Origin: Asterias rubens
Taxonomy: Eukaryota
NCBI RefSeq assembly: GCF_902459465.1
Contig: NC_047079.1
Span: forward strand, 372,001-436,000
Length of the DNA stretch: 64,000 bases
Direction: 5' to 3'
Part shown: positions 1 through 15,200 of the stretch, piece by piece
How the letters are laid out: each line of letters opens with the position of its first letter
Position numbering within the stretch: position 1 is the stretch's first letter
Program-made: the position numbers and the translations under genes
The notes under the pieces: generated by a model
The model's database searches: none
What the model was told of the DNA's origin: nothing
What the model saw: the letters and a program-made list of their open reading frames with translations, nothing else

Positions 1-2106
1 CGGGTGAGACAGCCTAGATAAACTATCTCAGCATCGCCTTATGGCAGGTGTTTTGCCACGGTGTTTGGGTAGTTGGTGTGAACCGACGACCAATACCGGA
101 TTATGTGGTTACTGGTTACCGGTACATACTGATTATACCATGGAAGGTGGTCAACGGAAACGCTATTCAGACAATCAATCATTTAATTACAAGCTAGTTA
201 ATTAACTAACTAGATTGATGATGTGATAACCCTAGTAATTGAGTTGCCATCCATTGTGTCACATTATAAATAACTAGGTTATAAATAACCAGTATACATT
301 ACTCATCGTACCAACAGTTATCTATGACTTAAGTCTCAATTCAGCTCTTATGTGTTTCAAACGCTAAATCAAACTCACATGTTTTCACTCCATTTTTCGT
401 TTGTGTGCTGTCACGTTGTGTACGCAAAAAGCTGACATTAACTGTAAACAAGACCTGTATATTAACATTATGACAAATCGTGTTCACTATACAAGAAAGA
501 ATAAAGTACAAAGTGTTATAGTGCGTGTAAAATGTCAACGTTTAAACCGTCTAAAAAAGTTTGCTGATTGCTGACCTTTGACCTTCTGCTATCATCTCAT
601 CTATGTTTCATAGTTCAATTTTGACAAATAAATACCCTTTATCTTTCCTTAGTCTGGCCACTGTTTGACCCCACTCCATAGACCCCACACATTTTCCTGT
701 AGCATCATATTTTAATCTAATTGTTACAATAAGGCTTTTGTGTGTTTGTAATCACTGCATATTGGTATGCCAAATAGCCTTCGTCTTTACTGAAGACACA
801 ATACAAAAGTATACGTGACAGCTCCTAACATTCAAACCTGTTTGTTTTGTGTGTTTCGTATTTGTCCAACTTTAGTTAACTTGGTTTCGAATTGCACGTG
901 ATCATTCATGTTCTTTTTCACACAAACTTGGTTATTTTGTTTATAGTTTTGGCTAATCAAGTTCTTCCAGCTCTCGTCTTTCTGTTCGTGTACATGTCAA
1001 CTCAGTGATATTATCTATAGTTCAAATAATGTGAATGATTATGAACGGTAGCACGTTATGATACTTTATCAAATGATAATAGTTTGTCAGTATTGGGAGT
1101 TGGTTGTCTTTTGTATGAAGGGAATGTATGTGATTTGCAGGAGTGTGATTGACACACTGATCGTAGCTGATTTGTCACCATGGCTCAGATGTTGCTAGGC
1201 TGCTTCACCTCCTAGGTCTATACGCATGAGCACCAGTCTAAACGTAGAAATTATCAACATGTAGCCCTAAATCATGGATTTTACAAAGATCAAGATGCTG
1301 GTTCTAAACTGCGGGAAGCTACATCACATTGAAGTGAATATAACATAACTGGTAAGTGTTACATGGATGTTGCTGTCTGGGACTGCTCAGTTTTCTTAAG
1401 ATGCCATACAGTATTAATCATTAATTGTTTTACGCTGTCTCGAATACACCACAAAGTGAGTTGAGTTGCTGGCTGCACGTCAACCTATCAGTCACGTGAC
1501 ATCATGACAGCACACTTACAGTTATCTGCTATGCGAACAAAACATTTTGGGAAATTAGACCATCATTTAAAAAAATGTGACCAAATCATTCTAAGTATAC
1601 TTTTGCTGACCAGGGAACAGAATGTTCCGTGTGTTAAGATTTAATTCAAGTATTGTTTTCTGTCGAGCATTCTTTTGAAGTATTGGAACTACATATTAAA
1701 AGCGTGTATTCATCACTTAAATGTAGGCTTAACCAAACCCTATATTGAAGATGTACTAAATCCGTTTGACAAAACCACAGGATTTCCCAAGTGGATTTCA
1801 TGATGTATGCCCATGTGTCAACATTGTTGACCTAGAAAATGAATATGCATGTCGAGATGTATTGAGTTTGACATGGATATCAAGGACATTTGTCTTCTTT
1901 GATGTTGAACGACTCGAACAGTGAAGATGGAACCTGAGATACATGTGTCGCCTAGATGTAAGTTTAATTGAATTTCCTGTAGCATTATCAAGGGCTACGG
2001 TATACTCCAATCCAATTGCTGCTCAATCGGGGTACACTATATTCTTGTGTCAAAGGGCATTTTGAATTTTGCTCATTCAAGAAAGCTACCATAAACTTAT
2101 CTTGCC

Positions 2107-2491
2107 TTAAAGACACTAGACACTATTGGTAATTGTCAAAGACCAGTCTTCTCACTTGGTGTATCTCAACATATGCATAAAATAACAAACCTGTGAAAAT
2201 TTGAGCTCAATCGGTCGTCGAAGTTGTGAAATAATAATAAAAGAACAAACACCCTTGTCACACCAAGTTGTGTGCTTTCAGATGCTTGATTTCGATACCT
2301 CAAATTCTAAATCTGAGGTCTCAAATCAAATTCGTGGAAAATCATTTCTTTCTCGAAAGCTACGTTACTTCAGAGGTAGCCGTTTTTCACAATGCGTTAT
2401 ACTATCAACCTCTCCCCATTACTCGTAACCAAGTAAGGTTTCATGCTAATAATTATTTTGAGTAATTACCAATAGTGTCTACTGCCTTTAA
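2107..2491. mobile_element. MITE family A, full copy (TTAA-flanked, Kolobok-like)
   Basis: TTAA|AGACACTAGACACTATTGGTAATT ... AATTACCAATAGTGTCTACTGCCT|TTAA; no coding capacity; many copies in the window. Confidence 0.85.
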
Positions 2492-3292
2492 GTGTAATTT
2501 GTTATGGTTCCAATTAAAGATAACAGGGTTTGCTCCTTTTTCACAGAGTTGGCCGGCGGTCTTGGTGCACTGTATACAGTGTAGTAATTATCTGGATGGT
2601 GCGAATACAAAACAATGCCGAGTGTTTCAGCATGGTTACAGCATAGAGCTAGGAGAGATTTCTATGGTTACAGTAGCAAACTGTCAATAAAAATCAAAAT
2701 ATTTACTATATAATATACAACAGAAGTTAAAAACACATGGAAACCATGGTTTACGTTACACGCTCGCGCATTACAAAACACCTGAGCCCCTAATTTAGGT
2801 CTCTGATATAACGGATACAATCATGGGGACCACTTCTTCGAATCCCGAACGCAGATAAGTTACGTTCAATCTGTTGCATTACGATATGCTCAGATTGCGT
2901 ACGGTGGGCAAATAGGCAGTTCATGAAGTTTGCAATCGGAAATGTGACTATATTCACTTTGACTCATCGAACAAACAGGTGCACCAGACATATATTACCA
3001 CCACTACGACATGCTAAAGACCTAATAATCATGATGTTTTTAATAATTCCGGTGATTATATTTGTAGATTTGGTAAAAAGTGCTGAAGGCCTCCCTGGAT
3101 ACGGGAAGAGCCTGTAATATTTAATACACGTCATACCATTCTGAGAAATTTAACTGAATTCGATAATCTATTTCAAAAGCATCAACAAATGGTTTTATGT
3201 TCTATCATAACTGGACACGTGTAGGGCCCTGCGGCAAGATATGATTTTGTGTGACTTATGTTATTTGTTGTTTTTAACAGTATTTCAGAAGA

Positions 3293-3586
3293 GGACATTG
3301 TGATAAACGGCTCCCTCTGAAGTAACGCAGTTTCTGAGAAAGAAGTAATGTCCAGTATAAAAACATTTTAATTGATTTCGAGACCGCACGTGAGGTCTCG
3401 AAATCAAGCATCTGAAAGCACACAGATTCGTGTGACAAGTGTGTTTTTTCTTCCATTATTATCTAGCATTTTGGACGACCAATTGAGCTGAAATTTTCAC
3501 ATGTTTGATTTTGTATGTATATGTTGAGATACACCAAGTGGGAAGACTGGTCTTTGACAATTACAAAATGTGCCCAGTGTCTTTAA
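3293..3586. mobile_element. MITE family A, partial copy
   Basis: Internal AAACGGCTCCCTCTGAAG through the TIR ending GTGTCTTTAA. Confidence 0.8.
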
Positions 3587-4308
3587 GCGTGGTTAGATGA
3601 ATACAGCAATGTGAGAAAATTGGAAGAGTGACAAGTCAAATATAAATGAAATCACAAAATCAAATCTTTCTAGTAGTATGCAATGTTTGCTTGGTACGGA
3701 AGTCATGTCAATATATACACATGATGAACCTCTGAGCTCAGAGACTGTGAGGTAGAGATGTGCTCTGGGAGGTACGGTATCACTCAAAGCGTTGTTTCAT
3801 TATTTTACCTCCAGAGGTGTGTCGTAGGTTTCGTGTGTGAAAACTTCAACAATCTCTTAAAACGGTACTGACTTGGTTTGCAATTGTTGTTAGTTCTCGT
3901 GAATAATGGTTCTCGTGAAGATTCCTCGACGTGTCACTCAAGGAGAGCTATAAGAATACTTCGTCTAGGGTGGAAGCGTTTGAGACTGGGCCGGACGGAA
4001 AGGGTTAGGGTTAGCTAAATACAGCTGGGGTTAAGATTTAGGATCTCTGCCTATTGTCTTAAAGTCTCTGTCGTCTCATCTTACTATATTGCCTTCAGCT
4101 TTATGCAATTGTGATGGGAATGTATAGGACGAGTTTAAACTTTGACTGGTGTAAAGGTAAAAGAAACTTTCTGATGACAATCGTAACATAAGAAGGTGGT
4201 TCGAACAGGATGGGTAGGCCGACGACGTAAACGAATTAACACATCATCATCATAACATGTTGAGATTGAAGTGCATTATTCTAGAAACAAAATAGGAAAG
4301 ACCTATCT

Positions 4309-4692
4309 TTAAAGGCAGTGGACACTATTGGTAGTTACTCAAAATGATTATTAGCATAAAACCTTACTTGGTAACGAGTAATGGGGAGAGGTTGGTACTA
4401 TAAAACATTGTGAGAAACGGCTCCCTCTGAAGTGGGGGAGCTATCGAGTACGAAGTAATTTTCCATGAATTTGATTTCGAGACCTCAGATTTAGAATTTG
4501 AGGTCTCGAAATCAAGCATCTGAACGCACACAACTTCATGTGACAAGGGTGTTTTTTTCCATTATTATCTCGCAACTTCGACCGGCCGATTGAGCTCAAA
4601 TTTTCACAGGTGTGTTATTTTATCGTACGTTGAGATACAGCAAGTGAGAAGACTGGTCTTTGACAATTACCAATAGTGTCCAGTGTGTTTAA
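4309..4692. mobile_element. MITE family A, full copy (inverted relative to 2107)
   Basis: TTAA|AGGCAGTGGACACTATTGG ... CCAATAGTGTCCAGTGTGT|TTAA; internal hairpin with 17-bp arms at 4471-4515. Confidence 0.85.
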
Positions 4693-6094
4693 GCGACTAA
4701 TTGGCTTCAATAAAAGTGTTAAATAATGTGAGGTGTTATCGAACAAATCACCTACCTTGAGTGAATAATTTTATGAAACTTTGTACTTATCCCAACCTAC
4801 GCACCAACAATTAAATAACAGAACGGGCAAGTGGGTTGGCTTTCACAGGTGTGGTAGCATTTTTAATGAAAGCTAAGCTGGTTTAGTCCTGTTCAGATCA
4901 GCCATCTGATCGTCTGACAAGTTGACAGCATTTGCAGCTTTCTGCACGGTAACAAAAGCACCCCGATTTCGCCATAATAAAGAAGGCTTCTAACAAAGAA
5001 TGCAGGACAATAAGTTTAATGGTTAGGCTGACACTTGTGTGAGTATAGCAAGTATAGGGTCCATGCACTTAAAGAAAAGTGAGAATCGCCTTCTCAATTC
5101 GTCTGGCATTAATCGCCTTTCGATTAACTGATCCTATCTTCTAGTCACCTATCTGTCAGACACACTAAATTCTTCCCTGGCATGTGTGCATAGAAGAACT
5201 ACGTCAGAATGTCATGCGCAGACCAAGCTAGTTTATCATAATGTACAACGTCTTGGTTTTGTCTCCTACAGGTTGTACTGGTCCCAGGGCCAACGTGACT
5301 GTATTTTGTGAAGTTGGACTGCATAAAACGCTCTGTCTACACTCACATTTGTTCATAGAGAAGAGCTGAGCTTGGTCTGCGGGTAGCTACGACACACTCT
5401 GTGCGACCTCTCAGCGTCTCATGAGCGGCCTGCCTGTGTACTTTGGTGTCACCAACTTTAGTTGAGGGTCCTTGATAAATAGCAATCGTTGAGCGTATAT
5501 GAGACGACGGACGACAAGCAGCCTCCGGCAGCCAGGTTTCTTCGCTTTTATTTTCTAGATACTACCGCCCTGTAAGCTCATTTGACCGGAACGTAGATCC
5601 TTGATTTACCTCCAGCCGAACCACCTTCATAACGAATTGACAGAGAGATGCTAGTGTCAGAGAGACCTTTTACCAACTTGCTGATTGTATTGTGAAACCA
5701 ATGCGTTAGGTGTACCTGTCAATGCTGTATATGTATGTACAGTACTTATCGCCCTGGGGCTCTCAGTGCGATTTGGTGATCGGCATTTCAACTTTGCTGA
5801 GTACTCGGTGCTTACCGACCGAGTAACGCCCTCCCGAGTCATTACACATACCTCGAGGTCTTTCATTAGTAAGCAGCATCCTACGGCATCAACTCGTGAT
5901 TAAAGAGAGCGGTCGGAGACGGCGTGTGTCCGTTAAAGGGTGGCGTACCTGTAGAAACACAACTCATTACCAGATTGACTGGACGTGTATATCTAACACA
6001 CATCTTATTGAATCTAGTGTACAATACAAGCCCATCACTAACAATATTCAGAGGTGCTGGGATGTCTTTTCTCAATCTTGCTCTCACATGTCAA

Positions 6095-6251
6095 ATGATG
6101 AATTGGAGAACTTTCCAAGTGGTCCGGGAGATGCTGATAGTTGCGTGTTTGTTAGCGTTTGTAATGCCATCAACACATGCAGCCAGAAAGAGCCAACATG
6201 AAATCCCTATCATAGCAGAGCCAGATACACCACACTCAAGGGGCATTCCAG
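6095..6251 (+). CDS. CHRD: Chordin exon 1 (signal peptide)
   Basis: MMNWRTFQVVREMLIVACLLAFVMPSTHAARKSQHEIPIIAEPDTPHSRGIP, donor GTATGT at 6252. Confidence 0.85.
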
Positions 6252-9200
6252 GTATGTTCAAAGTCATTCAATTATATGTAATAAACACTAAATAGTGAGC
6301 GATAGACAGTGTAGGCACCTAACGTTTCAGCAAATCAACTGTATCCCTCCCTTATTCTTGGTTTTGTATGCTTTAGAAAACTGTACAACTTAGTATTTTT
6401 ATGAACAAGTTGCAAAAATTGTAAAGAGAGAACTTCAAAATGAAGTCTAGAGATAGGGAATGCTGTTGTGCAGAAGGTTGACCTATATTTCAACTTGCAA
6501 CCATCCAACTGTACAGTATAGTAGAACTATAAAGACCGTAAGATGGATTGGTGCATTTTGCATGAGTTGCTGTATCGTTATCCAACAATATTTTTAGTTA
6601 CAGTTAAAATGGTTCCTTTAAAAAAGCACCCCTGCACTTGATTATTGCAACACTACGTGCAAAATCTTCGTCTTATTTTTGTTTGAGTGATGCAGGAGCC
6701 CATACAACGTTCGACACTTTGGAGTTGACATAAAAATTGTTTACGGTTTGAGTTGACCCTCTTGCCATAAGGCTACCGAAGTTTACTAGACCTGCACAAT
6801 TTGTTTTCTTTTCATGATTAATGGTGAACAGCCAAACATGCTATACACAGCACGCGGTCTGCAGCAGCCAGACCTGTTGAACAAGAACACTAGTCCAAAT
6901 CTCAACTTCAAATGCCTGAATATTTCATTAACTTAAAAATAAAGCATCTGAAATAATCTTCATGATAATTTTTATCCTGACGATTATTTCAGATGTATTT
7001 TGTTGTTCGCCGCTGCCTTTGGTTTATTCGGTGGTTATAGGCCAGTCATGCGCAATAAGTCACATAGTGATGTTACTTTGCATGGCCATTATGTGCCAGT
7101 CTTTGCTTGTTAATCAGTCATCAATGATTATAATCAAAACTCGGTTGGTTCATTGTTATGTTTCCAAAAATGATGAACAAAAATCTTAAGATCTAAAATG
7201 GTTTATTATTATAGATGAACGTTTTAAGCTAGAACATTCTATAGGGCTATGCGTGTTTGTCCAAACTAGTAATTTAGACATTTAAGCCAATAATCTGCAA
7301 ATTTGACAGGTTGGGTTGTGTGAGGATACCCATGCTATTCATTAAAACTTAGTATTTCATGTAAAGTATTTATAAATGCAATCCATAAAATGCAAATTTT
7401 CACGGCCTACCATGCGATAGCTTTCCCTGGCAGTATAATCAAAACTCGCGTATGTTTTGTTTTAAGATGTGTAATGTAGAGTTTGTATTTTTTAGCGAGT
7501 TGGCGTTTGCTGTGTACGTGAATATCTCCCATGTGTTTGCAAGCTAATCACTATAAGAAGTAGATTGGACTATGTACGCAGTAGGTTCACATAGTGTGAT
7601 GTGATAACAGCATAGTAAGCATACCACAGCAAGTCAAAGGTTTCAATTATGAATCGTAACTGATATATTGAATTGTTCTTATTTACATGTTTACCATGAA
7701 CTGTAATATGACTTTGAATGAGAAAGATACAAAGTTAATATTTTGCACTTTGCCGTCTATTTCTTATCACACTGTGAATGAAATTTCACAACAGTATTTT
7801 TTGGCACTAAACAACTTATACACACTCAAAAGTTTAGCGTATTTTAGATTTATTGGCCTGGAAATAATGTATACAGATGCAGATGATGTTGGGCTGAAGC
7901 CGTGGGTTGTTAGTCGGTGACTGAACCTTGGCAGTAAGGTTACCGGGGGACTCAGCGGTGGATACCCACAGCTGTGCTTGCATAACCGCGTCTTGAGCAA
8001 CACCATCTTATACCTGCACCTGCGATCAGCCATAACGGACCAGAAATGTTTGTCAAAATGTCATCGCACTTGAACTTACACAAGTGAACTTGCTTTTCAT
8101 TTACACCATCTAAGATTTACAACGCCTGTTTGTCATGATTGCATGGAATAAGATGCAGTGAACAGTTTCGGAATAGATGCAGCGATTCAACCCTGTCGAA
8201 GACACTTCGTGCATTGCGTAAACAGATAACCATTATGTGCGTTACTCATTAAACCAAAAAGGAAATGAGGGTGTAATTTTGGAAATAAAGGTACTTCAAT
8301 AAAAGCAATTGATCTAATTGAGATGAATGAGTAGAGCTTAAGATCAAATCGTTGGACCAATACACACTGCCTGCAAAGCACATGACACAATAAACTCAAA
8401 AGCTGCTTTGCCTGTGACGTATTTAAAATGAAAATTGTAGGGATTTGATGGCGGTTCAATCCAGTTATAAGTTTAACAGATTTATCTCCGTAAACTGAAG
8501 TCATGTGTTTCATTATCTATGATTAGTTAGTGGTCATGTTGGCCGCTGGTGCTCAAAATATACTTCCACGGGGACACAGCTATATGATGGAAAGTATGAA
8601 CCGTGCATTTTCTTATAGTCGTCTCTCCACACTGTGCCACATTATGTGCCATCCAGATAGTTTTGGCTTAAACTATTTGAACAAAAAAGCTTGTCAGTTT
8701 GAATTGATTTGATCGCATAATCAAAATACATTTCAGTGCAGTTGCGAGTTATGAACTTCCCGATTAAAAACATCAAAGAGTCTGTATAATGAATGAACGG
8801 TTTATGGTGAAGTTATAGATGCAATAAGTAAGACAATGAATGTTTATAACCAACATTCAATATACTCGCATCTAGAATGTAAACATACTTTGTAATCCTA
8901 CCGAACAATACATGTAAATGCAGCCAATGCAGATACTTGGTTGCGATAACAAATTAGGTTCTTTTCATTGTTATGATATATGGTAAGCTGCAATTCAAAG
9001 AAAAATGGTGGGGTGTGAAATCAACTTTGCCCGTATAGATCCGAAATGAATCGACGCTTTCATTGCAACCAGGACATGCATAAACTTTTGGAGCCGAGGT
9101 TTCTTTTAAAACACATTCAAAGTCACAGGAGAATAAAGTATTTTTGCCCGTTGGCTGATTGTGTATGCGAAGTGTGGGGTACTCGTTGGTTTATAGGCTT

Positions 9201-12200
9201 AATGATGATTGATTTGACTTTAATGTGGTTAACTATGGCTCCTAGGGGATGCCGCCAAAAAAAAATCAAGACTAAATGATCACATCAAAAAAGATCGCAA
9301 AGAAAGTTGTCATGCATTGACCAAAACCCATGTCTAGCCGTACAAGTCTTATTCGTTCTCATCCACACTTCAACCAATGCATACAATTTAATGTTTACCT
9401 TAAAATTTGCAATGATTTATTGAATCTTCAGCAAACTGATTGTTCTTAAAATGTGAACTATTTGAACATTATTTAACACTTTACCGTAACTTCTGCTGAG
9501 CAGTTAAATTTGGTATAGACTATAACTTATAGTTTGAGAAATCATTCAAATGAAATGTCGTTTTTGAACATGTTATATGAAATACGGAACAATTTTCGAT
9601 ATTTCCTCACGTCTGAAATGTCTGGGCCTTTTATTAATCGGAACTTATTTGTTCCCATCAGCCCAATCTGAATTGAATTGTATGGGTAAATGGTTCCCGT
9701 GTCTAATGAAGGAATAACTTATGTGACGCCATTCCATTTCTCGCTAGACAGACTTTGCAGACGGTGAGAAAACCCTCAATACTTGCTTTTCTATTATTTA
9801 TTTCATCGCATTGTATGTTGGTTGCGGTGGCGAAAGGTCGTTTATATATTTCCCCAATCTGCCATCGATGGGTAACATTCTTGATAATTTAATGCTTTTC
9901 ATTGTTTAGTATATCGGACTAAAACAGTGAAATAAGTTGAGCTGTATTTGCCGCACGTGCGGGAGACTGGTTAACTCGGAATGTTTTGAATTATGTGTCT
10001 TCCTTTGAGCTATTTATCTTAATCATTGGCCCGTCACGATCCAAGAGCGACAAACATTGCACTCCATGAAGGAAGTATAGTCTTAAACTGCCCTCCCCAG
10101 GGAAGTTCAAGTGTCCCACTTTGGCATGAGGTGAAAAAATGTCATCTTGAGATTAGACTTCAGTTCAAATCTCATTTTATATGAACTATTAAAAACAAAT
10201 TAAAGTTGACAGTGAAGATTAATTACAATCTGTGGACTTGAGTTGTTTATATGCACTTGTAGTATGTTCTAACCTTCCGTGTTAACATCAATCATAGCAT
10301 TATTAGTTTAAGCAGATTGTTGATATTAACTGATTGTCTCATATACCCATCAACAGGTTGCATATTTGACGAAGTTTTCTATGATCTTGACACGCACTGG
10401 CATCCAGACCTTGGCTTTGGTGAAATGGCATGCATGGACTGTGAATGTATACCGGTAAGTTCAATTTCCTTCATCCGAAAATCCATCTTCAAAAACAACA
10501 TTCTCAAACAGCATTCCACATAGTTTATTTAGATGTTAAAGGAAGTTGTATTTGTATCGGTCCTTTTTGCTGAATGTAATAGGCCTATTTAGCCTGTGTC
10601 AAATTTAAGATTTGTATGTGCCTGTCCGTTTTTTACTGTGTAGGCTTACTGTGGCAAGCAGTAGGCCTACGGCCAATGGTCTTTTTAACGCCATCCACAT
10701 TCACGCATCATCATAATACAAAAAGAGGTACTCGGTAGGCTTACGGATGAGAAACTGGCAAAAGATTCTTTTGTTTTGCGAGAGATTGCCTTTAGTTTCG
10801 TTACGAGGCTACCTGGGCTGTGTGACTGCCTGAGCCATGGCTAACAACCAAGTACTAGACAGACCTTGTGTATATAGGAATGTGAAGGACTATGTCTGTT
10901 AGTCTTTTGGCTTTGATTTATGGTTAATGGGTCATTATTCCGGAAACAAAACAAACAAGAACCCCTACAATATGAACGGGCTTTTTGCTCACATTTCATC
11001 TGTTAATATTATTATTAATAGACACAGGCAAGATAACTTGTGTGTGGGTATAGTATTTGTAAACGGGTCGCTGCTCTAATGCTTACCCACTAAAATGTCA
11101 ATTTGAATTGTTATAACCACCAAGTGTAACGGGTATGCTCATAAAATGCATTAAAGCATCGTTTTGCCAACTATTTTATAAACAAATGGTACTTGGTTGT
11201 TTTTCCTGATGCAAGAACCTTTTGAAAAGTACGATATAAATTTGTTACGGGTTGAACCATATATATCCCATATTGAACGTGATGATCTGGACTTATATCG
11301 GCGTGGTCAGTGCGATTATCACACTCATTTACCCAACGTCTATTCTTAGACTAAGCTCCGGGGTGCAGAGTAGAAAATTGGATTGACTTAATCCGGGTTC
11401 AATCTCTAGGTGAAATCCAAGTCAAGTGTGACGTCATAGAGAAGGTGCTTCTCACACATGTACAACAGCTTGCAAAAGCCGACGCCATGTCGTATAACAT
11501 TGAATATTAAAACCAGTAAACATTGTCATATACGGGTTAAAACAATTCTGGGATATTATGAGGCCTACAAAGTTGTTTTAAATTGGCCAAATGAATCAAA
11601 TTATCATATTAGTTCACTTGATCCCTACTTGCTCTCAATATAAACTAAGCTGATGAGGTTGTTCACTGCCATGCACAAAATATTGTTTTAACTAACACTT
11701 AAACGGCTTTACGAGTTACCTTTTAGCGTAGTTTGTACAAAAAATGACACGGAAGCGGCAAGCTACTCAAACACGGTAGAGTATGTCCCCGAGATATAAT
11801 CAAGGCAGCGACAGGTTTACGACTGTTTTTCTTAAGCACAGGCCACTAGCAGTCCTAAATTAGGGACATGAGTTATATCGCATGTTGGCCCTCTGCTTGG
11901 TTCATCGAAGCTAAACCGTCCCGTGGGATACGTGGGTTGTGTCTGGCCTTTTAAAAACACTCAACGATGCAAAGGATAGTTACACATTATGGACGGTGAC
12001 AATATTGCAATATAAAAGCAAGACGCCTTAACATTTTTCTTTCTTTTAAAAGCATGAAAATCGAAGATGAAATGCATAACAATTTACGAATCAATGCAGT
12101 CAATTCTGAAAACGCCTTTTTCTTAAACTCGTAAAATAGTTTAAAAGGTCCCTATATGGTAAACGAAGCACTGTGTTGGGCACCAGGCTATACCGCAATG

Positions 12201-15200
12201 TGATGCCTTGTACTCCGTCAGCTGCATGAACCATAATCTTAATTGTGTCCGGATTGAACATGCGCGACCCGCGCTAAATTCATACTGCTCCTTCAGTGCC
12301 TTTTTACTCAACAAAATGTTGGCAATTAATATTGAAACATTGTTAGGCTAGGGCCTAGGGGTTGTAATTATACTCTGCGTGCGCATTTAAGACACATGCG
12401 TTAATGTTGTCGTATTTTAAATTATTACCCGGTTGTGGCTGACAGTATTCGAATGAATTGTAGTTATTAAAAGCCACTTCGTTATTGTTTGTGTGCGCCA
12501 TTTCGGTCATTATTTTTTGCAGTAGGCCTACACTGCACTGCACAAAGGCCGTTTTATATGTGCTACACCATTAAGGCCGAGTTATAGTCGGTCGCGCGAT
12601 GGTCGGGCGTCGGAAATCTTGACGCGCGATCATAAAAAGACACGGTTTTTAGGCCTCAGTCTTAGGATCGCGCGTCAAGATTTCCATCGCACGACCATCG
12701 CGCGACCGACTACAAACCGGCCTTTACAATAATTTTTCTGTCCTTTAAACTTGTCTTGGGAGGGGATCGGGGCAGGATATACTGTGTTGTCTTATTGCCT
12801 GAGTCATCTATGAAAGTTGAAATGATCACTTTTTATGCATTAAGTGAGGTGAACTTTATACCGTAGAATGGTACAAGTTTTGTAGACAAGTCATCATGCA
12901 CATAGACATATAAGCTGGTTAGACGGCACAAAGCGTAGACCTGTGTTTTAACAGGTTCATGTCAGATTGTCCCAAATACACGTATACTATAATATGGAGC
13001 AACTGGGTTTACCTAACATGTATAAACCGCACTGACACGGAATATTAGACAATAACTTTGACCAGAAGTCTTTGCACGAAATGTAGTGTACATATCTTTC
13101 TATCATGTAGATTATAAAAGGCGTTCATCCATAATTTCCTTTTGAAACGACACCTGTTTGAAATATTTTCCACTCTGACAAAAATTGGGGCAAGACAGGC
13201 GACAAATTGACCGTTTGAGATTGTCAATTAAGGATTATGTTGGTTGGCACCTCGCTTTGCCCAGAGGCAATCCAGGTTTAGGTGGCAGATCAGGCGACTC
13301 GGTGTGGTACCAAATCATATTTTCACATAGTGGCCCATATCTTGACGTCACACATTCTTTAATTTTCAACAAATTCTCGGCGTGACAACGGACCGGCAAA
13401 CAAAGCCTTTTATAAAATAAAATAAAACTATTGTTGTGCAATTAGTACATTTAGACAAAAAAAGTTTTGTTTAAACTTATCAGGGAAATTATTGGTTTCA
13501 ATTCAAAATCTGAATGGTTTTAATTTCATTCCAATTACCGCCATCTATAAGTAAGCATTGATCAACCTAAACATAAATCTCGAAAGAAACGTATTCGTTT
13601 TCAGTTGTTTTCACTAAAAAGTGACATCCGAACTTTCGTAGGTTTGATGTGTTTGTTGAAATAATGACATAATTAATTACTCTTGCAGTTTACTGTCGGC
13701 ATGTTTGCATCGCATGGCCGACCTGGTACAATAATGTCGTGGTTACAATCCACTTTCAATATTCTCCTTTTAATAAAGCTTGAAATAACCATAATAATAT
13801 CACGTAGGAATAGTTTATAGGTCATGTAGTCAGTCTTATTATTAACTGAATTGTCTGCAACAAGTTGAGTTAGTTTAGACAGCCAAGTGGCGTCTTGATA
13901 TTATAACTCCATATGGTACGTATTACCGCCACGTGCTGTGCATAGAGTATCGACCTCCATCAAACATCAACAATTTCTGTTGAAATATCTATTGCCGAAA
14001 ATATATTGTCAGATAAAACCGACTATAAAAACAACGTTTTCAAGAATGCGTTTTCATTAATTTGATGTGGCTTTCTTTGGGAGGGGTCGATGTGTTTTTC
14101 TTTGTCTATCCCCTCACGATGTCACATGTTGTGCAGGTACTTCTTTATATAATAAGCCAATTGGTCCTCAAATGCTGTTTGGAAGTAAGTTCTAACGGCT
14201 AGAGAATGCTGAGATCGAAGTTGAATCATTTTGAATGCATAGAAGGCCGTCATCTCACTATACCATCCTTCATTTATAACGTGTATTATTCACGTTAAGA
14301 ATGAAACCAAAATTCTACATGTATTATGTCACTGTGTCGGCCTTTAATCGATTCGATCACATTCTGTGAACAATGCAACAGTTTTGTAAACCTCGCCATG
14401 AATAATGTATACTATTTTTCAAGAAACCTGTCAAAACGATGAAACTGAAATTTGCTCTAAATAATAATATCAAGATTTTTGTTAGATAATTATTGTTATA
14501 AATATTTTACGTTTTCCTGAGTTTTGTATTTAGATCTTGAAAACGGTGCAACAATGTATTATTATTAATAAGCCAATATTTAAGCAGCTGTATTTCATTC
14601 TCAAGCAAACATTCTCGAAACTATATAGATTGACTACACTAATAAGAATAGTTTGAAAGGAATAGAACTTCATGCTGTAATTGCTTGGGTTTTTCCAATG
14701 TGTAGAATAATAGGCGATACCGGTACCCTAGCACATGCATTCTGATTCCTCAGTTTGATCGCATTGATTTGATTGACAGAAAAACCAATCACTGTGATAT
14801 AATGGGGACATTTTACTAATCCGACTTGATTAAAGACTAATAAATTGAATCCTGGCTATACACGGCACGGACCCATTGAGATTTCCAAGCTAGTTTGTCT
14901 GTCATGTTTTTCAGACAGGATGAGATGCAACCGATCAGTTCAGTAGTTGCTGGTTAATTTTTTGCCAATTTGTTTTAAAAAGTTATGAAGACTCAACTTT
15001 GTGGTTAGACGTCATGGTTTTTGCGGTCGGGTCTGTAAGAGGAGTTGTCATTTGATGACAAATAGTTTGTGGTATTTGTCTTCAGCTTGAATGTGATACG
15101 GAAATGCAATTTCCCCATTGTCCCATGATGTTCAGAGACGGTATCGTTTATGGGTAGATAGAGCAATAGAGTCAGGCGCTCTGACCATCGGACACCGACT

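Noticed and set aside
2201-2465. Recurrent short ORFs such as SHQVVCFQMLDF (also near 3274, 4364, 35042, 42070, 46556)
   Set aside because: All are translations of the non-coding family-A MITE, with frameshifts between copies
3996-4015. GGGTTAGGGTTAG telomere-like motif
   Set aside because: Only about two units, too short to call an interstitial telomere
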